Source: Guillardia theta CCMP2712
Lineage: Eukaryota; Protista; Cryptophyta
Assembly: GCF_000315625.1 (NCBI RefSeq)
Contig: NW_005434461.1
Location: 5,196-69,195 of the forward strand
DNA: 64,000 nt
Direction: 5' to 3'
Part shown: positions 36,854-47,899 of the stretch, piece after piece
How the letters are laid out: the number at the start of each line of letters is the position of its first letter
Position numbering within the stretch: position 1 is the first letter of the stretch
The notes under the pieces: generated by a model
Databases searched by the model: none
Seen by the model: the letters and a program-made list of their open reading frames with translations, nothing else
Told to the model about the DNA's origin: nothing
Made by a program: the position numbers and the translations under genes

Positions 36854-39800
36854 TCACTCTGTCGACCACACCTTGAAGGTACGATCGTAGGAGGCGCTGC
36901 AGTCAAGTCATGCCTCTCTCTCCCAGCAGAACCCCAGCTCATACCTGACCACAAGATCTCCAGCTGGCGCGAAGTCAACGCACATGACCTGAGAAACGTC
37001 ACTGATCCTTCACTCTCCTCCTCTACCAACCTTCTCGTCGTGTCCTGACAAAGTCTTGATCGCTGTGAAGTTTCGGAGGTTCCAAATCTTTTGCCACGTG
37101 AGAGGCACGTGGAGCGGCAGCGAAAAGCTGTACCTTGCATGTCCTGTCGTAGGAGGAGGAGATGAGGAAATCTCCACAGCTGGAGTACTTGACAGCAGAC
37201 ACAAGACTGCGGCAGCGTCAGCCAACCCCTGCGACCTCCTTGCGCTCACTTTGGATGGGCCGGCATCGTGTAGTAGGCCTTTCGCTTCCTCAGGTCCCAC
37301 AGCCTGTACAGGGTCAGGACTCTCCTCGAGCCCTCGCACGACTCACTTGATGGTGTTGTCATCGCTGCCAGTCGCGATCTTGACGCCGTCCGGGTTGAAG
37401 TCAAGTCCCAAGATCTTGGCAGTCACCTCAGTCAACCGCATCCGTTTGACACTTGACAAGCACCTGCTTGACATGTCCCTGCAGCGTCATGATCGACCGT
37501 CCAGTTCGAAGATCCCAGACTCTGCAGATCGCATCCAACCCGGCAGAAGCCACCAGAGCTCCATCAACCTACTCACATGTCAAGGAGATTTCTTGTCATC
37601 CTCCTTCACCCTCCCCCCTTTCTCTTCCTCCTCTTCACCTGGAACGCGAGATTGTAGAGAGCACGCGAATGTCCCTCCTGGCACAGCAACTCTTGCTGCG
37701 TCTCCAAGTCCCACATTCTCCAAGTCTAAGGCAACAAGCATCAACTCCCTCCATGAGGCTTCTTGATGAGCTCCCCATCCCTCCCCTCTCCTTGCTCTCT
37801 CCTGCCTGTCTCCTTCCCTCTCTTCACCTTATCGAAGCTTGTTGTCCCCAAGTACCTCCCGGAGGGGTGGAAGCCGATCCTACAGACTCTCCCTGCATGC
37901 CCCTGCAGAGAGTGTGAGACGAGGAGAGGAGGAGGAAGATCGATACCTCCAGCGTCCCGATGTCCCTGAACGAGTCGTTGCTCCACAGTTTGACCTGATC
38001 ATCGACCTCATCGCCAGCAACAGCCTCCAACGATTTTACCTTGAGGTCTGCACTGCTGGTTGCAGCCGCCACAACCTTTCCCTTTCCTTCCGTGTTCCCT
38101 AGCACGACATTCATTTGCCGGCTCCTTCTGACAACTGCTGGACATACCTACTGCCGCCGAATCGAACTGAGGATGAAATTTTGCGTCTGAAGTGAACTCG
38201 TCAGCACAACGACAATCAGAAACAGACGTAGAACCAACACCTGTTAATCGCTCGGCATGCCCGTATAAGGTGAACTTCAAGTCGCATGATGGCATTGACC
38301 AAATCTTCGCCACTCCCGACCACGAACTTGTCGCAAGAAACTAAAAGACTGTCGGCAAGTTCGCAAGGAGCAACAGAGAAGCACCTGTCCATCAGGACTG
38401 AAGCTACATCCCGATATAGGTCGAGCATCCCCTTCAAAAGCAGTCAGCTCCAAGTTAGTCCAAGAAGAACTCTAAAACCAATCTGCGATGAAGACAAATC
38501 TAGATTTCGATACTGAGAGCACAACGTGTCATCCAAGTAGTGAAGTGGGCAAGCGACGACCTTTCCAGCCTTGTCCATGAATCTGTTGTGCTCCTGCTCT
38601 GTTTCATTGTCCTGCCGTAGAGTTAATCTTCAGGTCAGCCTGCAGTGAGAGATGATGTAGAGGAAGAGGAATAGAGGTGGAAAGGTGGAGAAGACGAGGA
38701 GTAGATGAGTTGACAACAAGCAGGATGAAGGGCAGAGAAGCACAAGTGGCAGGAGAGGACATAGAGGAGGAGAAGGGAAGTGAACGGGGAGGAGGCAGGA
38801 GAGGAGTCTAAGTTGAACTCGTGCCTCATCCATGCGGGTATCTTCGATGTCTTCCTCCGGTATTTCTCTCCCCTCTGTCATTCAGACGTCATCATCTCAC
38901 CACATGCCAGCTCCTCTCCTCACACCTTTGATCGCCGTTTCGTACTCCTTCAACTTGGCCTCTTTTTTCGCGATGTAAGTTTCGAGCTCGGCCTAAATAT
39001 CAAAGACAGGAATCAAATCTCGAGTTGAAATTTCAAATGAAATGTAGTGCAAAGTAGGATGAAGGATGAGAATTTTTCAAGGCTCGGCAACCTGCTTCCT
39101 CTTTGCTATCATCGTTCTGCTCTTCGCCCTTGGTAGCGAGTACTCAGCTATCCACAACCGAGCAGTTTTCAGCTCGTCAGGTCCCTCAGTATAGAAAGTC
39201 TGCGCAAACGATGTAAACAAACATAGAGATCATGCTGAGGGGACGATAGCTTTCGTCACAGACCTCCTTCACTTGTCCATCACGGAAGTCTCGATCGTCG
39301 TCTTCGCGAGCACCAGAAACAATCTGAAGAAAGGTTATGTTTTCGAGAGAGTCATTGAGAGGTGGTCGGTACATCGTTGGCTGATATTCCTTCTTCGACT
39401 TCCTTTCTTGCAAGAATGATCTTGAGACGATCACGACGTTCAGCTGGTTTTTAGACTCAGCATGACTCTAGTTGTTATCAGCTGCAATATCGTTGTTACC
39501 TGGCCCTTCCCCAAACAAGCAGATAGGCTCCCGAAATTTTCTGAGTTGCATCTTGACATCATGATCGTTCGTAGGAGCTGCGATGCCAAGTCACTCGTAT
39601 GCTGCCACAAGATCACTGCAACTGCACCAGCAACAGTCCTCGCACGCATTTCAATCTGAAATCTGTGTAATTGCCTATCAGTCGCATAGCGTTTTCAGGC
39701 ACGGATCGACTCACTTCCGAAGCATCTCATCATGCTTCTGCCTTGCTCGGAGAGTCTCCTCAGTCATTGGTACAAGAGAAGTCTTTCCTCCTGAGATCGA

Positions 39801-40379
39801 CGAGATCGGCTTCTCATCCCTCCTGCCTGTAGACATAACAGTGTAAGAAGGCACCAACTTCATGATCACGTCTGCCACATCCAAGTTGGACTTCCAATCT
39901 CTCATACATGATTTACAAGCTGTGATCATCCATGGGTGGCTATGAATAATCTCGTTTGTTATCGTTCAGCTATCCTCCACCCGCTCGATAGGTTGAGCAC
40001 AGCCTATTTCCCCTTGATCCTTCCTGCATCCTTGCCCGTCGCTGCTGCTCTCCCGCACTACAGGTACATACAAAGTCCCTTCTCCCTCACTGTCTGGCTC
40101 TTCAACGCAGCCTCGACTGACTTCAGTGAGAACCACCCAGAGGAAGACATGACTACACTCAACGCTCTTGCGATCGAGGTACCACACACTTCCTGTACGG
40201 TGAAAGCGCGCAGAGGAACAGGGGAGAAAAGCAGAGAACCCAAGAGGGTCGGCATAGAAACTATCTAGATCGACACAACCAGCATGTTTGTCCATTCCGC
40301 TGCTTCCCGTCGGCTCATCCTCTCCTCCTTCCTCACCTGCCAGGCCCTCCAAGCTGCCGTACTTGATCCGCTCCCCCAT
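36854..40379 (-). CDS. PRP4: U4/U6 snRNP protein PRP4 (WD40)
   Basis: N-terminal IKYGSLE, PRP4-motif region [14 protein letters not shown] and [22 protein letters not shown], and WD repeats [54 protein letters not shown] and [14 protein letters not shown]. Confidence 0.93.
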
Positions 40380-40666
40380 GCCGCGCGTGGCTGTCGAGGA
40401 GCAACGGTACGTAACGGGTGCATCAATAACCGTCTCAATGATTGCAACGGTCTGTAACGACCGAAAAGTCGCAAAGAAGCGATCAACCACAAAATGGAGG
40501 AAGGAAAGGAGGAGGGGGAACCTCAGCAAGGAAGGAGATCACAAGAGTAGAGTGAGAGCTGAAATGAATACGGAAAGATTCAGAAGACAACACGCAGGAG
40601 CGGGAAGGGGACGATGAAGATAGAAGAGCTTGCTTGTGACTTTTTCTGGAGCAGGTAGCTGTCACG

Positions 40667-42297
40667 ATGAATCGAGGACCGTTGCTAGAGCTCTTCGTCC
40701 TGTTGATCGTCGAGTTGTTGGGCGTGCAATCATTTCAGATGCATACGACCTTCACTGTATGAATCCCTTCCATCCTTTTCGATCAGTGCCAGGTAATGAC
40801 AAGACCTTTACTTGCAGAAGCTGGGTTCCGGAACATTTCGATCACGTGCGAACATTGTCAGGAGGCAATCATCGAGTACAATCACCATGAAAGATCCAAG
40901 CAGGTGGGCAAACCAGAGCGAGGGGAGAAACTTGCCTGAGCTAGTATGTCAAACTTCAGGATTGCCGTCATTGGGTCGGGTGCGGTAGGACTATATTACG
41001 GGGGAAGGTACAGCTCGTTCAATCCTCCTACAAACCTAACTCATGCAAGGTTGTTGGAAGCTGGGCATGACGTCACGTTCCTTGCGAGGAGAGACCTGGA
41101 TAGGTTGAATAAGGGTGAGGACGTGTGCGAAGGAAGAGCTCAAATCTGACAAAGAGCAGATGGCCTGCGAATCAAGTCTGTGGATGGAGATGTCAACTTT
41201 GCTCAAGTCAAGGCTGTCGGGGATGTCACAGAAATTGGAGAAGTCGACTGGGTTCTTCTGTCTGTAAAATCTTACGCTTTAGAAGCTTGCAAGGAACTCG
41301 TAAAGGGTTGCATGGGTCCGCAGACGAGAATATTGGCCGTGATCAACGGGTTCGGGATCGAGAGTTGCCTGGCCTCTGATTTTCCGCATGATAAGATCTT
41401 TGGAGGGATGGCCTTCACCTGCATCAATCGTGAGAGCGATGGAGAAGTGAATCACCTCAAGTCAGAAATCCTGACAGACTGCCACACTCTCACCTTCTGA
41501 TACAGGTACGGCACAATCACATTTGGGCACTACAAAGATGACAAGGATGAGCTCGCAAAAGTTGTGGACCTCTTTGAGGGCTCAAAGGTGAAGGTTACGA
41601 CTAGCGACTGTCTGCTCTATTCAAGATGGGAGAAGCTATGTTGGAATATTCCATTCAACGGTTGTCCTGCCATTGCTGTCTCGTCAGCTATTTACAGTAC
41701 TTGCAGGAATTGCGGTTAGACTTTAAGATTTCTTCTCCATGGAATTTCAGTCTTTGATCTGCCTTGAACGGACTCTGCACAGGTGGCGATGGGCGGAATC
41801 ACCACCGACATCATTGTAACTGTAAGGCGAAAACTGCACCTTCTGAGGATTGAGATCAGTGAAGGACCCAGACCTGCGACTGTTAGCTCGCAAGGTCATG
41901 GAAGACGTCGTGAAAGTTGGAAATGAAGATCTTGAGACCAGGAATATCTCTCCAGAGTATAGACTGAATGATGAGGTATGAATTCATTGCATGTCGTGAA
42001 CTCACAGGCGGTCTGTGTAACTGTGTTTTCTCAGACGATTGCGGCAATGTTTTCAAGGACAGACAATATGGGTGAAGCAAAGATCCTGAGAATCTGAGAA
42101 ACGAAGCTGACAATCTTGCTCTTCCAGGCCCCTACCGCCCGTCGACCATGATTGATCTTGTTGAGGGAAAGCAAATGGAGGTGGAGTACATGTTTGGAAA
42201 CCCATTGGAGAGAGCTCGAGCCTTGCAAGTGAGCTGCGGATATATGGAATCGGTCATCTCGATGATCAAAGGTATTCAACGTATCCGAAAGTTGTGA
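40667..42297 (+). CDS. panE: 2-dehydropantoate 2-reductase (ketopantoate reductase, PanE/ApbA family) with bipartite presequence
   Basis: IAVIGSGAVGLYYGGRL, DWVLLSVKSY, INGFG, RWEKLCWNIPFNG, PSTMIDLVEGKQMEVEYMFGNP. Upstream exons 40667-40756 and 40818-40903 splice in frame. Confidence 0.92.
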
Positions 42298-42369
42298 GAC
42301 TTTCTTCCAACGAAAAACAAACCTCAACCTCGCCCTCTGCAAACCATCACAACTTATTCGTTTATTATA

Positions 42370-43007
42370 CAAATGGTTTTAGTGATCGATGAATTCTTGG
42401 AGTCTCCATGGTCTCCTACATCACATCGAAGTTGATATCTTTATCTTTTTTGCAGCTTGCAGATGGAAATGAGGAACAAACATGTTCTCTTGCAAGTTTG
42501 GTGTAGTCCGTTGCTGAAAAATATTGAAACCATCCCCAAGTCCAAGAATCTATCTTTTGAATACTGAAAACAAATAAATTTCAGGGGGAAAACAAATGAG
42601 AGATGTTCGATTACATTCTCTGAGCAAGAGTTTCTCGTCGGGTTCGGCCTTCACTTCTCTTCCTCCACATTGCAGCATCAAGGTTGTCGATACGATCGTG
42701 TGATTTTTGGGCATGTGAATCCTTCACGCTTTCCTTCACAGCCTCGTCTCGTTTCCTTCCTGAAAGAGTGAATCAGCCAACCATAGACCGATTCTCCCAT
42801 GAGGGGTCGAAGTTTACCTGACATAACTACGTTCACTCCGTCATGGAGTGGAATCCCCTTGGAAGCCAGGAACTTAGAGCTGGATCTTGTTGAACTTGAT
42901 GTCTCCTCACTATCATCTACATCTTGCTGGGTGTAAGAAGCCATTGACAGATGCATCTGAGTGAGAAAAGCTGCGCAGCAAAGCAAGACCACTCTTCTAC
43001 TTCGCAT
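42370..43007 (-). CDS. Small hypothetical protein with signal peptide
   Basis: MRSRRVVLLCCAAFLTQMHLSMAS...; downstream exons give RKRDEAVKESVKDSHAQKSHDRIDNLDAAMWRK and IQKIDSWTWGWFQYFS. The 3' end is approximate. Confidence 0.5.
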
Positions 43008-43411
43008 TGTTGCTTGCTGGACGCCCACATCCCCCCTCCAAACGACTGCCATCAGGTGCGCCTCAGGATTGATGACGGGGGCGTGAACCTGGCGTGAACC
43101 GTTCTGAAGTTCCGAGCCTTTTAAAAGTTGGGAACTTGCCAGGCTTGTGCGGCCAGTGCCGGACTCGCCGAGTCGGAACCCGGCGAGAAGTTTAGTTCCC
43201 TCGTGTGACCGTCTCCCGGCAGGCCCGGCCCGGCTGGACCAGGAAATCGGACTCAAAGTTGAAAGTGAATTTAAAAAGGAGGCAAAGTGTTGTCAGTTTT
43301 GCTTTCAACGTTACATTTCAATTTAAAAAATTCCCACGCCTCTTAAACAACTATGGATCATTAGTATCATCCGCCATCACTTTCACATCGTGATAGCACA
43401 ACATAGCACCC

Positions 43412-44538
43412 TCAAGTGTCAGGTGCTTCCTTCAAGTCTTTCAAAGATGCTTTGGCAGCAAGCTCGTTCAGTGCCGGTCTCATCATCTCTGCCACTCTTT
43501 TGAATCTGCAGTGTTGTCAGCATAGGATCATCGAGTCGATGATTTCCAAGTCTTCTCAGTACCGAGAGATGGTGGATCTGCATTTCAAGATATCGTATCT
43601 CACGACCACTGGGACGTTCTGCAGGTCTGCAAGGGCGAAAGAGAGAAACTCTCGTCTTTCTCGTTCTCCTAATTTGAAGCCCATAGGTCCGAGTGGACCC
43701 ATCACCTGCCGCAAAGTAAGTGTTGGACAAAAAACAATAAATGATGCAATGCCTTCTGTTCGGTCCCAGGGCCACCAGGAGTGAAGCGCAGAATCTTTGA
43801 AGTCGCTTCCTCAACTCGTCGATGTCCTTCTTCATCATTATCACTCGTTAGCTTGCTTTCCAGACGGATAACCTACAAATGCCCACGATAAAGTCAACAC
43901 GAAGCATTCTCGATTGCCGTGTAGACCTCCTGTGCGGTCTCCATTGCGAGCTTTTCAACTGTCTCGAGCTTAGCTTCCTCTTCCTTAACCAGCTCATCTG
44001 CGAATAGCTGGACCCTCGCCACAGGAAACGGCTTCAATTGCTCAACTTCGAGGATCTTGAATCTTTGAACTCCAATGCAGGAACAGATTGCGATTTGTTC
44101 ATCCAGGTCCATGACATCTCCTTCCTCTTCTTCAGAGACTACGGAAGCCCAGTGCACGTTCTCTAGCAAAGCCATCGTTCCAACGGAAAACATTTCACCT
44201 GATTCATCGACTGTGCAGTATCCAAACAGGGGAAGCCTTTCTCCTTCAATGCTTCGCAAGGAAGAAAGCTCGTCCTCGCCGCTCACTTGGACGATCGCCT
44301 TGCATTCTGGAAACAAAACACCTCCTTCTGAAGGTGCAACTGGGAGCAATGGCAATCTCTGAAAGGCTTGTATCTTTAGATTTGCCGACAACCGTGCTAT
44401 GTTTGAATATTTCTTATGAGAAAACTTCGGGAAGAAAGGGAGTTTTTGTGACTGCAAATCGATACTTTTTTGATTTTGAAACAAGTATCCGGATGTTGAA
44501 AGGCAAAAAAATAACCTTATCACAGATGGAGATGCCAT
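43412..44538 (-). CDS. Lon protease N-terminal (substrate-binding) domain-only protein
   Basis: RLPLLP...VLFP...FG...VGTMA...CIGVQRFKILEVEQLKPFPVARV, then SFALAD and a terminal ELAAKASLKDL. No AAA+ or protease domain. Confidence 0.8.
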
Positions 44539-45290
44539 CAAATGGATTTCAGATTATGAAAAGAGTCCTTTTTCCAATTTTTCTGCTGCAGCAAAAGCGC
44601 AGTTAGTTCCTCTAAAAACACAACAACGCTGACAACCGTTCATACTTGCGCTATTCGTCTTATCTCATTTTTCGATCCCTGTAAACACCGCATTCTACTA
44701 ACTCATATCCACGCTCCCAGGCTTTCTGCTACCTTTCTGCTCCCTTTCTGTTCCATCCTCGCTCCCTTCCTGCTCCCTTCCTGCTCCCTCTCTCGGTCAT
44801 CGTTTCCATGCAACTTGCGACCCATCATGTCCTTGGCTCCATTCCGCCCCTCCGTTGCAGCAAATACCCTACCGTGTGTTTTATCTGTGATAACCCCACC
44901 CCCGTTTGACCCACTTGAAGTTCTACTACCCTTGCTTTCCCAGGCAAAAACCATCAATATACCGGTATATTCACAATATCTGGGAAGTAACCCCTGTCAA
45001 TTCTGACATGAGGGGTACATCCAATCTTTGACTAAACTTTGTAGGGGGACTGCAACCAGCAGAACTATGCTCAGAGGAGGGGTACATTTCCCTCTATTCA
45101 AAGGTCATGACAAGGGGTACAGGGCCAAAACTAGCTGGTGGGCCGGCCGGCGGCCCGGTGGTTTATCGTCCACAGGATCCTCAGTGACTCGAACTGGCAT
45201 ATAACACCCAGGGGTCTGGTATGAGGGGTCCGAAGATATGAAACTTCAGTTCTGAAGTGGGGTGGGGTAGTCGATTATACCTCAGCGAAA

Positions 45291-47080
45291 ATGGCTGGTG
45301 GTGGACATGAGCGGTGGTGGGAAAGCCTGAGGGAAGAAGAGGACATGATCTCACTTGAGCCTCTATGCCTCCTTCCTTATGAGCCTTTCGAACTTCCTGC
45401 GGATGAGAACGTGCAAACGATGAGATGGTTCGACGGCAAGGTGACGTAGTCTAATATGTGATTGCGCGCGTGTGAAAGTTTGTGGGCAGGTTCTGGCAAA
45501 TTATTTGTTGTCAACCTTGAACTTCAAGCACCCTGCGAATAGAAGAGACTTGTGCAGAGAGGAATGCGTGAGGTTGGACGATTATCTTGCTCGCTTGAAG
45601 CTAGATGAGCCCAGGGTTACACGTGCGTTTGACCTCCGTGCGGATATCCTTGCCCAACGTGCTTCAGAGGAGCAGAGAGAAGCCGCTAGGAGGATGCAGC
45701 ATGACGCTAGATCTATACTGAGTTCGTTTTACGGCTCCACAAGTTACAGGAGTCACCGTGGGAGACAGAGAGTGCAACACTTTGATGTCGAGAACCAGGA
45801 TGCTGGTCAAAGAGTGATCGACGACGACGAAGAAGGTTTTCACAGCGCGCAGACCTTTCGAGAGAGACAGCGGCTGGTTGACTTTCCCTTACTCATACCC
45901 CAGAGACAAGACGGTCATCACCAGATTCCAACGCAAATAGTCACTGGGAGAACATCGTTATCGTACGCTGATCGAGCGAAGCTCTCACCCAGCAGCACGC
46001 AAGCCTCCACTCACGCATCCAACAAAAGACAAGTCCCATCGATGACCAGAACCTGTCACAATCACAAGATTCTCTTTTCGAACGAGCAAGGCAATGACGT
46101 GAATCCTGCTGCCCTTGACGAATGTCCCTTTCCGTGGCAAAAACATCAAAACCCGTGCAGATGTGATGTCTTCCTTCCAGGTCAGCCCGACAGGCAGAAA
46201 GGTAATTGACTTGATCTACTTGTTGAGGTGATGAGTCCTTCGGAAGGAAGTGTTGCCAGAGAGGACATGGAGAAGCTCCTGCTGTGGTTCAATGCCGCAA
46301 CTCATGCCAGTGCGGACGCTCTGAGCCTCAAATTCCCACCAGCGCTATCGAACCATGAACGAATGCTTGTACATAAGTTTTCAGAAGCCAATGGATTATT
46401 CAGCGCGTCAGATGGGTAGGATATTCTTGTTTGCTTGCTTTGAAACAGTGACACTCAGTCTTACTTCAACCAGCTACGGGAAGGAAAGGTTCATCAAGAT
46501 TTTGGGCAGACGAAGGCAAAATGAACAGTGCGCGACCGCGCTGAGCTCAAAAGAGAAGAAGATTGTGGATCAACTCACATTGTGGGCAAACAGAGAATCT
46601 CAAGAACTCCGAGGGATCAGTAGAAACTCGGTCTGTCTCGTTTGCTGGCATGAAGAAAAGCTCACTCTGTGAACAGGTGGCAGAAATGATCCAGCAGAAC
46701 TCGCTGCATCCTGAGCTGAGAAAGATCAAGGCGAAGCACGAGAGAGCGGCTCTTCTGTGTGAAGCAATCCATCGAAAGAAGCTCGAGATGGTACTTGAGT
46801 CCTATCAACGCCTAGACTTGTGTTGAACGTTTCCCGTCAGGCAGAGACGATGTTGAGAGAGGACCCTTCTCTTGCTGAATGCGCCTGCAGCGAGACCGGT
46901 GAAATCCCTTATCATGCGGCAATGGCGACAGGATTGCTTCCGTTGGTGAAGCTGATGAAACAACTACTCAACGAATCCGCCGTCGAGGAGAAGGAACCGG
47001 CACATGACAGTCGATTTTGCTATGCCTTGATATCTTTACCGCACTTGACCAGACAGCTGGATTACCTGCTCAAGCCATGA
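45291..47080 (+). CDS. U-box-like + R3H + ankyrin-like protein
   Basis: Exon 1 EDMISLEPL...WFDGK splices to VLANYLLSTLNFKHPANRRDL. R3H: LKFPPALSNHERMLVHKFSEANGLFSASDG|YGKERFIKI. Ankyrin-like: LCEAIHRKKLEMAETMLREDP...GEIPYHAAMATGLLPLVKLM. Confidence 0.75.
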
Positions 47081-47747
47081 AGCAGACGAATGGTCCCCGG
47101 AGCATATCGCTAGACTCCCGAGCATCTCCGCTGCTTTGCCTAGAGCGAAGTTTACAGCTTCATGGTTCCTTGCTTGTTATTATCGTCATGCTCTTGTACA
47201 GCAAGCTTAGCCTCGCATAATGCGGTGTATGATCCACTTCCTGATGAATTGATAATCAAGTCACAAAGGAACAGGAGTCTATTTGTAACGTCCTCTTCTC
47301 GTCAGACAGTATCATAGAACCATTTCTCATCGTGAGGCTGAACGGTCTCTGACTCGGACTGAGCTGCAAGCAGTCAGTGCCGCTAGGCAGGAATGAGGGG
47401 GATGAGGGTCAGGAATGTTGAGCATGTTGTAAAAGGGCCTGGCTGTCAGTGCGAGTATGACCCATGTAGAGCAGTGGGCATCAACCAGCGTTGGAGGAAG
47501 GTTGATATACTTTCATTTACTTGTGTTTGCCATGTCAAGGATGATTCCGTGGCAAGGTCTGTATGAAGCCTTTATTCGATGATCCTGAGCACTGGAAGGT
47601 CCATGTACGGCAATCGAAGGGGAGAAACTCGGTCCGAGGACGGTATGGTCTTATCAGCTCTCTTCTTGTAACTACAAACTACTTTTGAGCACAGACGGTA
47701 GAAGCATCAGCTCCCAAATCCTTTTACAAACACGCACAGGCACGCAC

Positions 47748-47773
47748 TCACACACACACACACACACACACAC
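47748..47773. repeat. (CA)n microsatellite
   Basis: Direct observation. Confidence 0.95.
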
Positions 47774-47899
47774 GAGACGGTTCAGCTGCTCCAGCTGTCG
47801 GTGAGCAAGCTGCCATAGGTTGCTTCTTATCCCATCTTCTCCCGTCGTATCTCCATCTCGACGACATGGACGAGTGAGGTCGGGGGGACGCGAGAGTCT

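Noticed and set aside
40946-40959. ORF-track start MSNFR for panE
   Set aside because: It falls within intron 40904-40959 in the better-supported model with a presequence
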